Assembly: GCA_963691875.1 (NCBI GenBank)
Contig: OY829846.1
Span: 3,840,001 to 3,904,000 of the forward strand
DNA: 64,000 bases
Source of the DNA: Aureliella sp.
GTDB lineage: Bacteria > Planctomycetota > Planctomycetia > Pirellulales > Pirellulaceae
Direction of reading: 5' to 3'
In this document: piece after piece, positions 49,819 through 58,822 of the stretch
Layout of the letters: every line of letters begins with the position of its first letter
How positions within the stretch are numbered: the stretch's first letter is position 1
Program-made: the position numbers and the translations under genes
The notes under the pieces: model-generated
Seen by the model: the letters and a program-made list of their open reading frames with translations, nothing else
What the model was told of the DNA's origin: nothing
Databases searched by the model: none

Positions 49819-52800
49819 TTAGTGTGCATGACCAGAATCGCTCGGCAGTAATTTCAATTTCATGTTGCGGAACCGTACTTCTGTCTTACCGCCGCTGTGG
49901 AGCTGGAAGGCGATGATGCCACGGTGTGCACCTTCAGGATCATCGAGATCGACGCAGGTTTCGCCATTGATCTTGGTCACGATTTTGTGGCCTTTGGCGA
50001 TGATCTCATAAGTATTCCACTCGCCACCTCTCACGTGAACCTCACCGGATTCTTTCCAAAGCAAAGCACGACCTTGCTCCTCGTAGAGTTTACCCCACCA
50101 GCCGATACCAATGTCAGCTTGGTAGCCACTGACTTCGCCATCCTTTACCGTGCTGCGGAACTGGATTCCCGAGTTACCCTCGTTGCCGACCAGCTTCACT
50201 TCGAGCGTGAGATGGAAGTCCTCTGCAGACAGGTCACTGACGATCCATTCATTGCGTTTCAGTCCATCTGTCCTTCCAACAAGCTCGCCGTTCTCGACCG
50301 ACCACAACTCAGGATTGCCAGTCCACCCAGTTAGATCACGACCATTGAACAGACTGCGAGCATTCTCTTCGCTAGCTAGCATCGGTGTCTGCGAATTTCC
50401 TTGCAGATACTTGATCAGCGAGCGGATTTCATCTGGATTGAACTGCTTCAACTGATCGTCGGGCATCATCGATTGTGTGCCTTCTCGACGCTGCACAATC
50501 TCATCCTTTGGAAGAATGACTTTGTCATCAGAAGTCTGTAGTGTAATGCTGTTGTCATCCTCAGCTTTGAGAAGACCATTCACGACGCGACCGTTTTCCG
50601 TAAGCACGATTGTCGGCAAATATTCTTTGGCCATCACTGCACTCGGGTCCACGATATTACTCATCAAGTAATCGATGTTGGCACGGTTAGAGCCTGTCAA
50701 GTCTGGACCAATTTTGTTTCCGACGCCATACAGCACGTGGCACTTCTGGCAAGTCTTGGCAAAGATCGCCCGGCCATGTTCGATGTCGGCAGGCGGAAGA
50801 TCAGTAGAGGCAACGAGCTCTTTCATCTCTGCGATCAGCTTCAACTTGTCTGCGGCGGACTCACGAGCGGTACCCCAAACACTCTGCAGCAACGTGTCGA
50901 TCTCCTTGCTCTTCAAGAACTGCAACTGACGAACCAAGTCCGCCGTCAAATCCGCACCGACAATATCCTTCTTCTCAATCGCCTTGAGCAAGGCAAGACC
51001 ACTGGGGATTCGAGCACAGAGTGTTCCCAGCGCCATCCGTCGCTGATCGGGTGTGAACTCCGAGTAAGCCCCTAGCAAAGCAGGCGCTACCGCGGGATCG
51101 CTATACTGAGCCAACCCACGAATCGCAGTTTCACGCAGCTCGCCTTTTTCCGATAGCAAACTTTGTAGTGTCGCCACCAAACCTGGATCGTTGGCATCGA
51201 GCAACGCTTTGAGAGCGACCATTCTCGCGTTCTTGTTACCTTGCGGATCAGCAATCTCGGCTCGCATGGCTGCGAGCGCGTTCTCATCCCCGAAAGTTAC
51301 GCCGAGTGCTGTAGCTTGCAAACGCACTTCGTTGTTTTCACTTCTAACAAGCCCCGCTGAAACCTGCGTCCAGCCCTCTGGGGCGTCAACTTTGCGGCGT
51401 CCCGAAAGTGCCGAGCGAATTGCATTGAGATAAGTGAGCTGAAGCTTCGGTGAATCCGCTTTCCCTAGACCACCGACCAGCGCAGCTAACGAAGACTCGG
51501 CTCCCCCACTTCCAATCCGTCGCAACATAAATTCACGAAGCAAAGGAATGTTTTCCCCAGCTGACATTGCCAAGGCCAATGCTCTGCCAGTGTCTTCGTC
51601 CGCTAGGGGCTCTGCGGCGTACCAATACATCAGCGGCAAGTTATGATCGCCCGCGTCTTCCGAATGACAGGTCAGGGCTTCGACAAGAGCCCAGCGCTGA
51701 GAGAGTGGGAGCTTCTGCGCTGCCGAAGCCAAATACAATCGCGTGACGGGAGACTCATCGGATTGGGCCAGTTTGACCAACTGAGGAAGCAACGTTCGGC
51801 TATCGCCCTTCTCCAAAGCCAACTGGATCGCCCAACCACGAACGTAAGCATTCTTGTCGGCTAGCATGCCATCAATTTGTGATTCTTTGAGAGCACCCAC
51901 AACATGCAAAGCCCAGGCAGCCCGAAGCCGCCGGGTCTCATCTGCATTCTCACTTAATACCTTGTGCAGGAACGTAATGGCGTCTTGATCGATCTGCTTA
52001 ACCGCCGATCGCTCTTGCAAATTCCGCCGCGCGTGCCGCACATACCAATCATTAGCGTGCAAAGTCAACGTAGCTAGCTCCAGATCTGACATCTTCGCCA
52101 GTTCGCCCACCGGTGCAGATATCTTTGAGTTTCCGTAACAGATCTTGTAGATACGTCCATTCGTTCGATCGTGAACTTCTGCTTCGCGACGATGGCATGC
52201 CTGCATATCGTACCAGTCGATCATCCATGCATTGCCGTCTGGTCCGTAACGAAGATTCAGAATCTGCGAGGCCTTGTCTCCTGTCAGCAAGAAATCAGGA
52301 CTGTGACTGCCGATATAGCCAGAACCACTGTGCTTGAGCGTTTCCATATTCAACCGCTGCCCATGGATGTTGTTCATAAATAATTTGTTTCGGAACTCCT
52401 GCGGCCACTTGTCTCCGAGGTAAATCATTGCACCGGCATGAGCATGTCCGCCACCTGCCGCATCGGACTTGCTGTTACCACTGTGGGGCGTCGCTCCGAG
52501 GTAGTGCAAGTGATCAGCGATCGTTGTGATATCGCGGTAAGTGTGCGGATTGAAGTGCCTTCCTCCTTGGCGTTGATATCTTGCGCCGTCGATGATGTGA
52601 TAGAGGTGTGGGATCACACAAGCGGTAATGAAAGCCTGGCCGTGATCGTCAAAGTCCACGCCCCATGGATTGCTCGTTCCATGAGCGAAAATATCGAACT
52701 CATGTCGTAGCGGATGATATCGCCAGACGCCACAGTTCAGTGGAGTTCGCTGTTCATCAGGAGTACCAGGCTTGCCAACTTTGGAGTGCGTGAACACTCC

Positions 52801-55647
52801 GTGGCATCCATACAGCCAGCCGTCTGGCCCCCAGATGAATGCGTTCAGTGTTTCATGCGTGTCTTGATAGCCCCAACCGTCGAGCAAGATCTCCGGTTCC
52901 GAATCAGGTACATCATCACCGTCGCGATCTGGAATGAACATGAAGTAGGGTGCTGCACCGACCCAAACGCCGCCAAAGCCAACTTCCAATCCGCTGACAA
53001 GATTGAGTCCTTCGATGAATACCTTACGGCTATCTAAGGAGCCATTGCCATCGGTGTCTTCGAAGATGAGAATGCGGTCGCGACCTTTCTCACCCTTTGC
53101 ACGAATCGGATATTCGTAAGCCTCGGCAACCCAGACGCGTCCACGGTCATCGATTGCCATTGAGATAGGTTGTTGGATCTGCGGCTCCGTAGCGCCGACT
53201 TTGACTTGAAATCCTTCGGGCAACTTCATTGCGGACGCGGCTGCTTCCGCCGGAAGCCCTGCGTGGGGATATTCGTCCGCCTTGAGAACCACCTTCGGCG
53301 GAGTTGGCTTACTTGGAGCAGAGTCGTAGAGACGGAAGGAGTCAAAGTTCAAATGCCCCCAGTGACCACGATGTGTGTCCACCAGTCGAACCATAATCTC
53401 TTTGCCCATGTGAGCACGGAGATCCACGACAACTTGTCGCATGGTTTCTGTCTGTGAGCCTACCATCTTGTAGAACGCCTTGCCGGTATCCTTGCGAACC
53501 AGTTCGACTCTTGTGGCCTCGGATTCTCCACCTTCAGTCAGGAAGCTTGCGTAGCGGTGCTCGACCACAAAGGGCTCCGAAGTCAGCGTACCAGTACGCG
53601 CGTCTCCATGCTTCTCGTAACCACCAATCCAGAACTTTCCTTGGTGGTTGCTGCGCATTTCGTTGCGACGCGGAAAGACCGTATCGCCTTCGATAGGCTG
53701 GCCTTCCCAGGCGTCACCGGTTGCCGTCCAGTCAGCTAAGGTGCCTGTCTCAAAGTCTAGATTCAACTCTTTGCCAGCTACGGACTTCGGTTTAAAGCCC
53801 ACAGGTTTTTTTGCTAACGGTTTTGCTGCAACTGCTTGGCCTTGTACAAAACTTCCATCAGGTTTGTTGATCCGCAGATAGTCCAAGGCGAACATGTACG
53901 ACTTGTCTGCCTTTGGATTCGCTCCAGCAAGCTGTACCTTTAGTTGATGGCGTTTTCCGTCGACCGCGACTTTCGGAAAGGAGATCACTCCGGTCGTGAT
54001 AACATCTGGATGATAGAGATCAATTGGCGTTCCCAGCAGCTTGTCGTCGAGCGCCAGTTGAACAATGCCGTAGTCTCGAGCGCATGTCAGAACCACCTCG
54101 AGATCAACTGTGCCAGTGAACTGAGGCAGTTCAAGAGTCAGCGTATCGCCGGGCTTGGCGCCGGTCCACCACATTTGAGAAGCGTTGCTCCAGCTGTCAG
54201 CTTTGAAGTTCGCCATGCCCTGCGGCTTGAAGACGCCGCCTGTCACCTTGCCTTTGAGTGTTTCGCCTTCGATCGACCCCACCACGTGCCTGGTTTTTGG
54301 ATTGATCTTGGACTTCGGTCCCTTAATCGACTTGGCATTTTCAACTTTAGGCAGTTTCGGCCCGTCATAGATTTTTGGCTGAGCCGCCGCGAACACTTCC
54401 GCCGTAACGGTCAGCTTTTGCTGAATCAGGACGTGGGCACCGACCATTCCGCCAACCACAATATCAGGGCGCTTGTCCTTGTTCACATCGACGATCGAAA
54501 TCTGCCTTCCGATTCCCGCTTCGCCGTCGGCTCGATAAGGAATCCAATCGACACTATCCTCGCCGCGCACTAATTTGAACCAGTAAACGACGGCTCCCGC
54601 ATCCCAGCCAGGGCTCTGGCGGTGGTGTGAGTAAAAGGTCTTGCCCGTAATAATGTCTTTCAATCCATCGCCATCCATGTCTGCCAAAGCCACTGAATGC
54701 GGTTCGCTGAATACCACACCGTACTTATTCTCTGAAGGGTGAGAACCCATGATCAAATGATGCTTGAAGGCAGGTTCGTTCTTATCTTCACCTGAAATCT
54801 GTTCGTACCAGCCAAGGCCAAAATCGTGGGCACGATGACTGGTGATGATGTCGTTGTCGCCGTCACCGTCCACGTCGTAGGCGTACATCTCCGCGCCGCC
54901 ATAGCCCTCACTGAAAGAAACAGCATGCGGCATCCAACGCGAAGTCAATTGGTGCGTGAGTGGCTGCTCAAACCAACCTTTGGCGTGCAGAATATCGAGC
55001 CGCCCATCTCCGTTGACGTCACCCACGCCGAGACCATGTCCAAACTTCTTTGATGCGATTTGCTCCGAGACTGCATGGAATTCCCAAGCCTCAAATGGCT
55101 GATCCCAATCGATGGTCGCGAAACCAAAGAAACCGTCGCGTGTACACAACAATTCAGGTCTCTCATCTCCAACGATATTGAGTAGTTGCGGTGATTCATT
55201 GGAAACCCAGTCAAAGACTTGATGCTTTGGCCAGTGCTTACCCCAGCCTCCGTTGCCAGGATTCTCATAGACGTAGGCAGGTGTCCCTGGAAAGCCGACC
55301 ACGAAAACATCATGGAATCCGTCGCCGTTAAAGTCGTTGAGCCAGTTGAAGAAATTGTCCGCGTAGCCTTCTCGATTCTGAGGAACAGGCTTGTAGATTT
55401 CGTGTTTCGTTTTGTAGTCAGGTCCAGCGAACCAGTAGGGACCATAGACGACATCGGCAATACCATCACCGTTGACGTCCGCCGCGTTGGCACCTTCAGA
55501 GAAGTAAACATCGCTTAGCTGCTGCCGCTTAAAACTACGCAGGATGTTCTCGTCTGCCGCAGCGCTAGAAGACAGCACAATCAAGAATGACGCGCACACG
55601 CAACTCAACGAGTATTTCAACAAATTCATTTCTATTCCCCTACCCAT
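49819..55647 (-). CDS. Giant PVC-type heme-binding CxxCH dehydrogenase-like protein (FG-GAP propeller, two beta-sandwiches, GSDH-like propeller, HEAT repeats, cytochrome c, DUF1080)
   Basis: 1942 aa. DVNGDG repeats, LPEGFQV...EP...P..MAIDDRGRVWVAE, GTSNPWG, CQKCH heme motif, IGPDLTG, SMMP and LFNGRDLTGW...GNSGIQFR...IAFQLH. The start may be 55629. Confidence 0.92.
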   Translation of the reverse strand: MGRGIEMNLLKYSLSCVCASFLIVLSSSAAADENILRSFKRQQLSDVYFSEGANAADVNGDGIADVVYGPYWFAGPDYKTKHEIYKPVPQNREGYADNFFNWLNDFNGDGFHDVFVVGFPGTPAYVYENPGNGGWGKHWPKHQVFDWVSNESPQLLNIVGDERPELLCTRDGFFGFATIDWDQPFEAWEFHAVSEQIASKKFGHGLGVGDVNGDGRLDILHAKGWFEQPLTHQLTSRWMPHAVSFSEGYGGAEMYAYDVDGDGDNDIITSHRAHDFGLGWYEQISGEDKNEPAFKHHLIMGSHPSENKYGVVFSEPHSVALADMDGDGLKDIITGKTFYSHHRQSPGWDAGAVVYWFKLVRGEDSVDWIPYRADGEAGIGRQISIVDVNKDKRPDIVVGGMVGAHVLIQQKLTVTAEVFAAAQPKIYDGPKLPKVENAKSIKGPKSKINPKTRHVVGSIEGETLKGKVTGGVFKPQGMANFKADSWSNASQMWWTGAKPGDTLTLELPQFTGTVDLEVVLTCARDYGIVQLALDDKLLGTPIDLYHPDVITTGVISFPKVAVDGKRHQLKVQLAGANPKADKSYMFALDYLRINKPDGSFVQGQAVAAKPLAKKPVGFKPKSVAGKELNLDFETGTLADWTATGDAWEGQPIEGDTVFPRRNEMRSNHQGKFWIGGYEKHGDARTGTLTSEPFVVEHRYASFLTEGGESEATRVELVRKDTGKAFYKMVGSQTETMRQVVVDLRAHMGKEIMVRLVDTHRGHWGHLNFDSFRLYDSAPSKPTPPKVVLKADEYPHAGLPAEAAASAMKLPEGFQVKVGATEPQIQQPISMAIDDRGRVWVAEAYEYPIRAKGEKGRDRILIFEDTDGNGSLDSRKVFIEGLNLVSGLEVGFGGVWVGAAPYFMFIPDRDGDDVPDSEPEILLDGWGYQDTHETLNAFIWGPDGWLYGCHGVFTHSKVGKPGTPDEQRTPLNCGVWRYHPLRHEFDIFAHGTSNPWGVDFDDHGQAFITACVIPHLYHIIDGARYQRQGGRHFNPHTYRDITTIADHLHYLGATPHSGNSKSDAAGGGHAHAGAMIYLGDKWPQEFRNKLFMNNIHGQRLNMETLKHSGSGYIGSHSPDFLLTGDKASQILNLRYGPDGNAWMIDWYDMQACHRREAEVHDRTNGRIYKICYGNSKISAPVGELAKMSDLELATLTLHANDWYVRHARRNLQERSAVKQIDQDAITFLHKVLSENADETRRLRAAWALHVVGALKESQIDGMLADKNAYVRGWAIQLALEKGDSRTLLPQLVKLAQSDESPVTRLYLASAAQKLPLSQRWALVEALTCHSEDAGDHNLPLMYWYAAEPLADEDTGRALALAMSAGENIPLLREFMLRRIGSGGAESSLAALVGGLGKADSPKLQLTYLNAIRSALSGRRKVDAPEGWTQVSAGLVRSENNEVRLQATALGVTFGDENALAAMRAEIADPQGNKNARMVALKALLDANDPGLVATLQSLLSEKGELRETAIRGLAQYSDPAVAPALLGAYSEFTPDQRRMALGTLCARIPSGLALLKAIEKKDIVGADLTADLVRQLQFLKSKEIDTLLQSVWGTARESAADKLKLIAEMKELVASTDLPPADIEHGRAIFAKTCQKCHVLYGVGNKIGPDLTGSNRANIDYLMSNIVDPSAVMAKEYLPTIVLTENGRVVNGLLKAEDDNSITLQTSDDKVILPKDEIVQRREGTQSMMPDDQLKQFNPDEIRSLIKYLQGNSQTPMLASEENARSLFNGRDLTGWTGNPELWSVENGELVGRTDGLKRNEWIVSDLSAEDFHLTLEVKLVGNEGNSGIQFRSTVKDGEVSGYQADIGIGWWGKLYEEQGRALLWKESGEVHVRGGEWNTYEIIAKGHKIVTKINGETCVDLDDPEGAHRGIIAFQLHSGGKTEVRFRNMKLKLLPSDSGHAH

Positions 55648-56144
55648 GTTGGAGTCAGGCTTTGGCCTCTCCTGTTATCACACGAGACGAATGTACTCAC
55701 GCCTCCCTCAGGAACCAGCCGCGGCAGAGGGGGAGTAAGTCGTCTATTTTTACTCGCCAATCGTAAATCGAAACGTATCCGTCACTACGTTCCCGGTCGT
55801 GTAACTTAATACATTACCTTCCAACCTGGCATCCATTGGCGGAATTGCCTGAGGCAAACCTGAAATCACAGCAGTAAGTTTCCCCTTCAACTTGGGATCA
55901 AATTCTAATTGAATCCTTCGCGAGCGAGAGCGATCCACGCTCGGCCAAGAGAGATATCTACGTGAGTGTCGCAAATCGACAGCACCAACTGACTTGATGC
56001 CAACTTGGAATATGACGTTCAGGCTCCTGCGCGCGTAAAGCGATGAAGGGAAGCTGCAATTCTGCCTGCCCGACAGAAATCATGTTGTTAGAAAGAGTGT
56101 GTTCGTCTTCAGATGTAAATCGGGCCGCGTGAGCGTTGCAAATC

Positions 56145-57176
56145 CTATACTTCTTCGAGTTTCAGTTTTCCGACTTGAACGGCCGCACCCATGTTGGCAA
56201 TTCCAGGGCCGACATAGTTCCTACCGAAGGGCAGGATCATCGGTTCTTCCCATGGGCGATGTGTGACCATTGCTGCAACTTCGTCAAGGCGCTTCAGAAT
56301 GTCCAGAGGTAAAGCACCTTTGGCAGCCGCTGCAACGCTTGCCTCCAGATGTTCAGCCGTCTTGCAGCCAATTGGAATCGTCGAAACGGCAGCATTCGAT
56401 AGCACGAATCGCAAACACATCTCCGACGCACTCATTCCGGACTGATCGATGAGGTCATAGTAAGCGAGCAGCTGCTGCTGGCGAGCTTCAGAAAGCCAGA
56501 GTGGTTTTGCTCGGACTTCCTCGTCAGCGCGACGCGTCAAGAATCCTTGCCCGAAGGCAGAACCCAACACGACTCCCATGTCTTTTTCGACCGCTGCTGG
56601 AATCACAGTATCGGCGGCTTCCCGGAACAATACGTTGTAGTTGAAAGCCGTGAGCACGACGTCGAATCGATCGCTCTGGATCAACGAAGTCATCTCTGTC
56701 ACCGTTGTGCCGGCCAAACCACAAAAGCGTATCTTTCCTGCTGACTTAAGCTCGTCGATTAAGTCCAGCGCCGGTCCTTCGAGTGGATCGTAACTGGTCC
56801 ACCAAGAGTATTGCTGCGGGCGATCAGGCTCGTGCACCTACAGGATGTCGATGTGATCACGACCGAGCAATCGCAAGCTTTCATCTACCGACTGCCGCAA
56901 GCCATTTATATCTAGCGGATTGAAGGGCTGAGGGCGACCACCGAGCTTGGTTGTCATGACTAGGGGAGCGTGGATACCAGCCATCGCTTCACCAACTGTC
57001 TTCTCACTGTCGGCATACGCAGGAGCGGTGTCAATCGCATTGACACCCAAGTCAATCGCCTTCCGCATGATTCGCTGTGTTTCTGCAACTCCACCCGCCA
57101 GCGACGAAGTGTAGAGACCACCGATCGATAAGACGCTTACATCGAGGTCTGTTCGACCTAGTCTTCTTGTTTCCAT
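56145..57176 (-). pseudogene. Aldo/keto reductase split by a single in-frame TAG
   Basis: RRLGRTDL.VS, IDTAPAY..SE, TTKLG and SL.LL...HIDIL, then TAG (56838-40), then VHEPDRP...GKIRFCG...FNYN in the same frame. Confidence 0.85.
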
Positions 57177-57192
57177 GTTGGTTTCTAAAGTA

Positions 57193-57366
57193 GCTCGTTC
57201 AGCCGCAGGGCGTTAGCCCCGGTTCTAGGTATTCTGATGGTGAGTTCCAGATTCAGTCAAATCTTCAATGATCGTCTAATGGAAGAGCTAAGATCGGAAC
57301 TGCGATCGTGTTGCACACAAGTCAATTCGTTGTGGGACCGGGGCAAACTCCGCGCGGCTGAAGAGC
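57193..57366. repeat. Inverted-repeat element (REP/MITE-like), about 30 bp arms and 110 bp spacer
   Basis: GCTCGTTCAGCCGCAGGGCGTTAGCCCCGGT (57193) pairs with ACCGGGGCAAACTCCGCGCGGCTGAAGAGC (57337-57366). Confidence 0.75.
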
Positions 57367-57367
57367 A

Positions 57368-58822
57368 TCACCCTATAATGTCGTGAATCACGTGTCCGTG
57401 CACATCCGTTAGTCGCATGTCGCGACCGCTAAACCGGAATGTCGAACGTTCATGGTCAACACCCATTAGATGCAGCATCGTGGCGTGCAAATCGTGCATC
57501 TCCGCGCGATTCTCAATCGCCTTGTACCCAAATTCATCCGTAGCCCCGTAGATCATCCCAGGCTTCACACCTCCGCCCGCAAGCCAAACAGTGAATCCGA
57601 AAGGATTGTGATCTCTACCATTTTTCCCTTGTGCAAAAGGAGTGCGACCGAACTCACCTGCCCAGACAACCAGTGTCTCATCTAGCAGCCCGCGCTGCCT
57701 AAGATCCTTCAGCAAAGCGCCAATCGGTTGATCCACGGCTCGTGCATTGTTCTCATGGCCATCCTTGAGATTATTATGTTGATCCCAACGATCACCACCG
57801 ACTTTCGGACAAGTCAACTCGATGAACCGTACGCCTTGCTCCAGCATACGACGAGCGAGCAGGCACTGAGCCGCATAAGTCTTCGTTGGACCGTAATCTG
57901 AGTCCATGCCATACATTTTCTGAATGTGTGCTGGCTCATCCGCCAGCGACATCACTTCTGGAACTGCCATTTGCATCGAGTGCGCCAATTCATAATTGCG
58001 AATCGCCGACTCCAGGCTGTCATGCTTGCCAAATTGCTTCTTACCGAGAGCATCTAGCTGATTGATAAGCTTCAGCTTTTCCTCCTGTTGCTCGGCGGTT
58101 TGCTCTCTTCGAGAAACATTGGCAACACCAGTCCCTGATGGCTTGAAAACAGAACCTTGGTAGCTGGCAGGCAAGAACCCGCTGCCGAAGCAATCGAGTC
58201 CACCTGGCGGAATCAAACCACCGTTTAAGACGACGAAGCCTGGTAGGTTCTGGCACTCACTGCCAAGGCCGTAGTTTACCCATGCGCCCATGCTAGGGCG
58301 GCCCTGAAGCCCGCTCCCTGTGTGCAAAAAGTAATTCGCGAAAGTGTGCTCTGGAAACTGGGAAGTCATCGAGCGAACAACCGCCAATTCATCCACGCAC
58401 TCAGCAACGTGCGGAAACAGTTCGCTGACCGGAATACCTGACTCACCGTGCTGCTTGAATTTCCACGGACTCGCCAGCAAAGATCCGTTGTTGTTGAACT
58501 GAGTTGGCTCCACATCGAAGAGCTTGCCAGGATCCTTACCGTTGAGCTTGTCCAGCGTCGGCTTGGGATCGAAGGTGTCAACTTGCGAAGGCCCGCCATC
58601 CATGTAGAGGAAGATCACGTTTTTAGCACGAACCTTGTGATGTGGCCCATGGCCAGCAAAGCCAAGGTCTGCCAAGCCGTCAACGTCGCTCGCGAAGGTT
58701 GGGTCGGATATCAGTCCAGCGAGAGCAACGGCCCCAAACCCGCCAGCGCAAGTGGCGAGCATCTCGCGGCGACTAGTTGGTTGCGACTGATATCGCTGAC
58801 AAGGAAAATTGTTCTTAATCAT
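57368..58822 (-). CDS. DUF1501 protein (Tat-exported, sulfatase-like fold)
   Basis: SRREML Tat motif, AKNVIFLYMDGGPSQVDTFDPKP, RPSMGAWVNYGLG, WDQH, GEFGRTP and GRDH motifs. ATGA overlap with the upstream gene places the start at 58822. Confidence 0.95.
   Translation of the reverse strand: MIKNNFPCQRYQSQPTSRREMLATCAGGFGAVALAGLISDPTFASDVDGLADLGFAGHGPHHKVRAKNVIFLYMDGGPSQVDTFDPKPTLDKLNGKDPGKLFDVEPTQFNNNGSLLASPWKFKQHGESGIPVSELFPHVAECVDELAVVRSMTSQFPEHTFANYFLHTGSGLQGRPSMGAWVNYGLGSECQNLPGFVVLNGGLIPPGGLDCFGSGFLPASYQGSVFKPSGTGVANVSRREQTAEQQEEKLKLINQLDALGKKQFGKHDSLESAIRNYELAHSMQMAVPEVMSLADEPAHIQKMYGMDSDYGPTKTYAAQCLLARRMLEQGVRFIELTCPKVGGDRWDQHNNLKDGHENNARAVDQPIGALLKDLRQRGLLDETLVVWAGEFGRTPFAQGKNGRDHNPFGFTVWLAGGGVKPGMIYGATDEFGYKAIENRAEMHDLHATMLHLMGVDHERSTFRFSGRDMRLTDVHGHVIHDIIG

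Noticed and set aside
53944..55511. Long alternative-frame ORFs (209 aa, 188 aa) inside the 1942 aa gene, and similar shadows elsewhere
   Set aside because: They lie fully inside well-supported genes and have no motifs, as expected from codon bias.
55750..55974. 74 aa minus-strand ORF between the AKR and the cytochrome gene
   Set aside because: The C-terminal half looks protein-like but there is no credible start or family. It may be a fragment and cannot be supported as a feature.
13838..56840. Genome-wide TAG recoding, suggested by in-frame amber codons at 13838 and 56838
   Set aside because: TAG ends intact conserved genes at their expected C-termini here (e.g. speA, deoC, moxR). Other broken genes use TAA/TGA or frameshifts, and no pyl genes or suppressor tRNA were seen.
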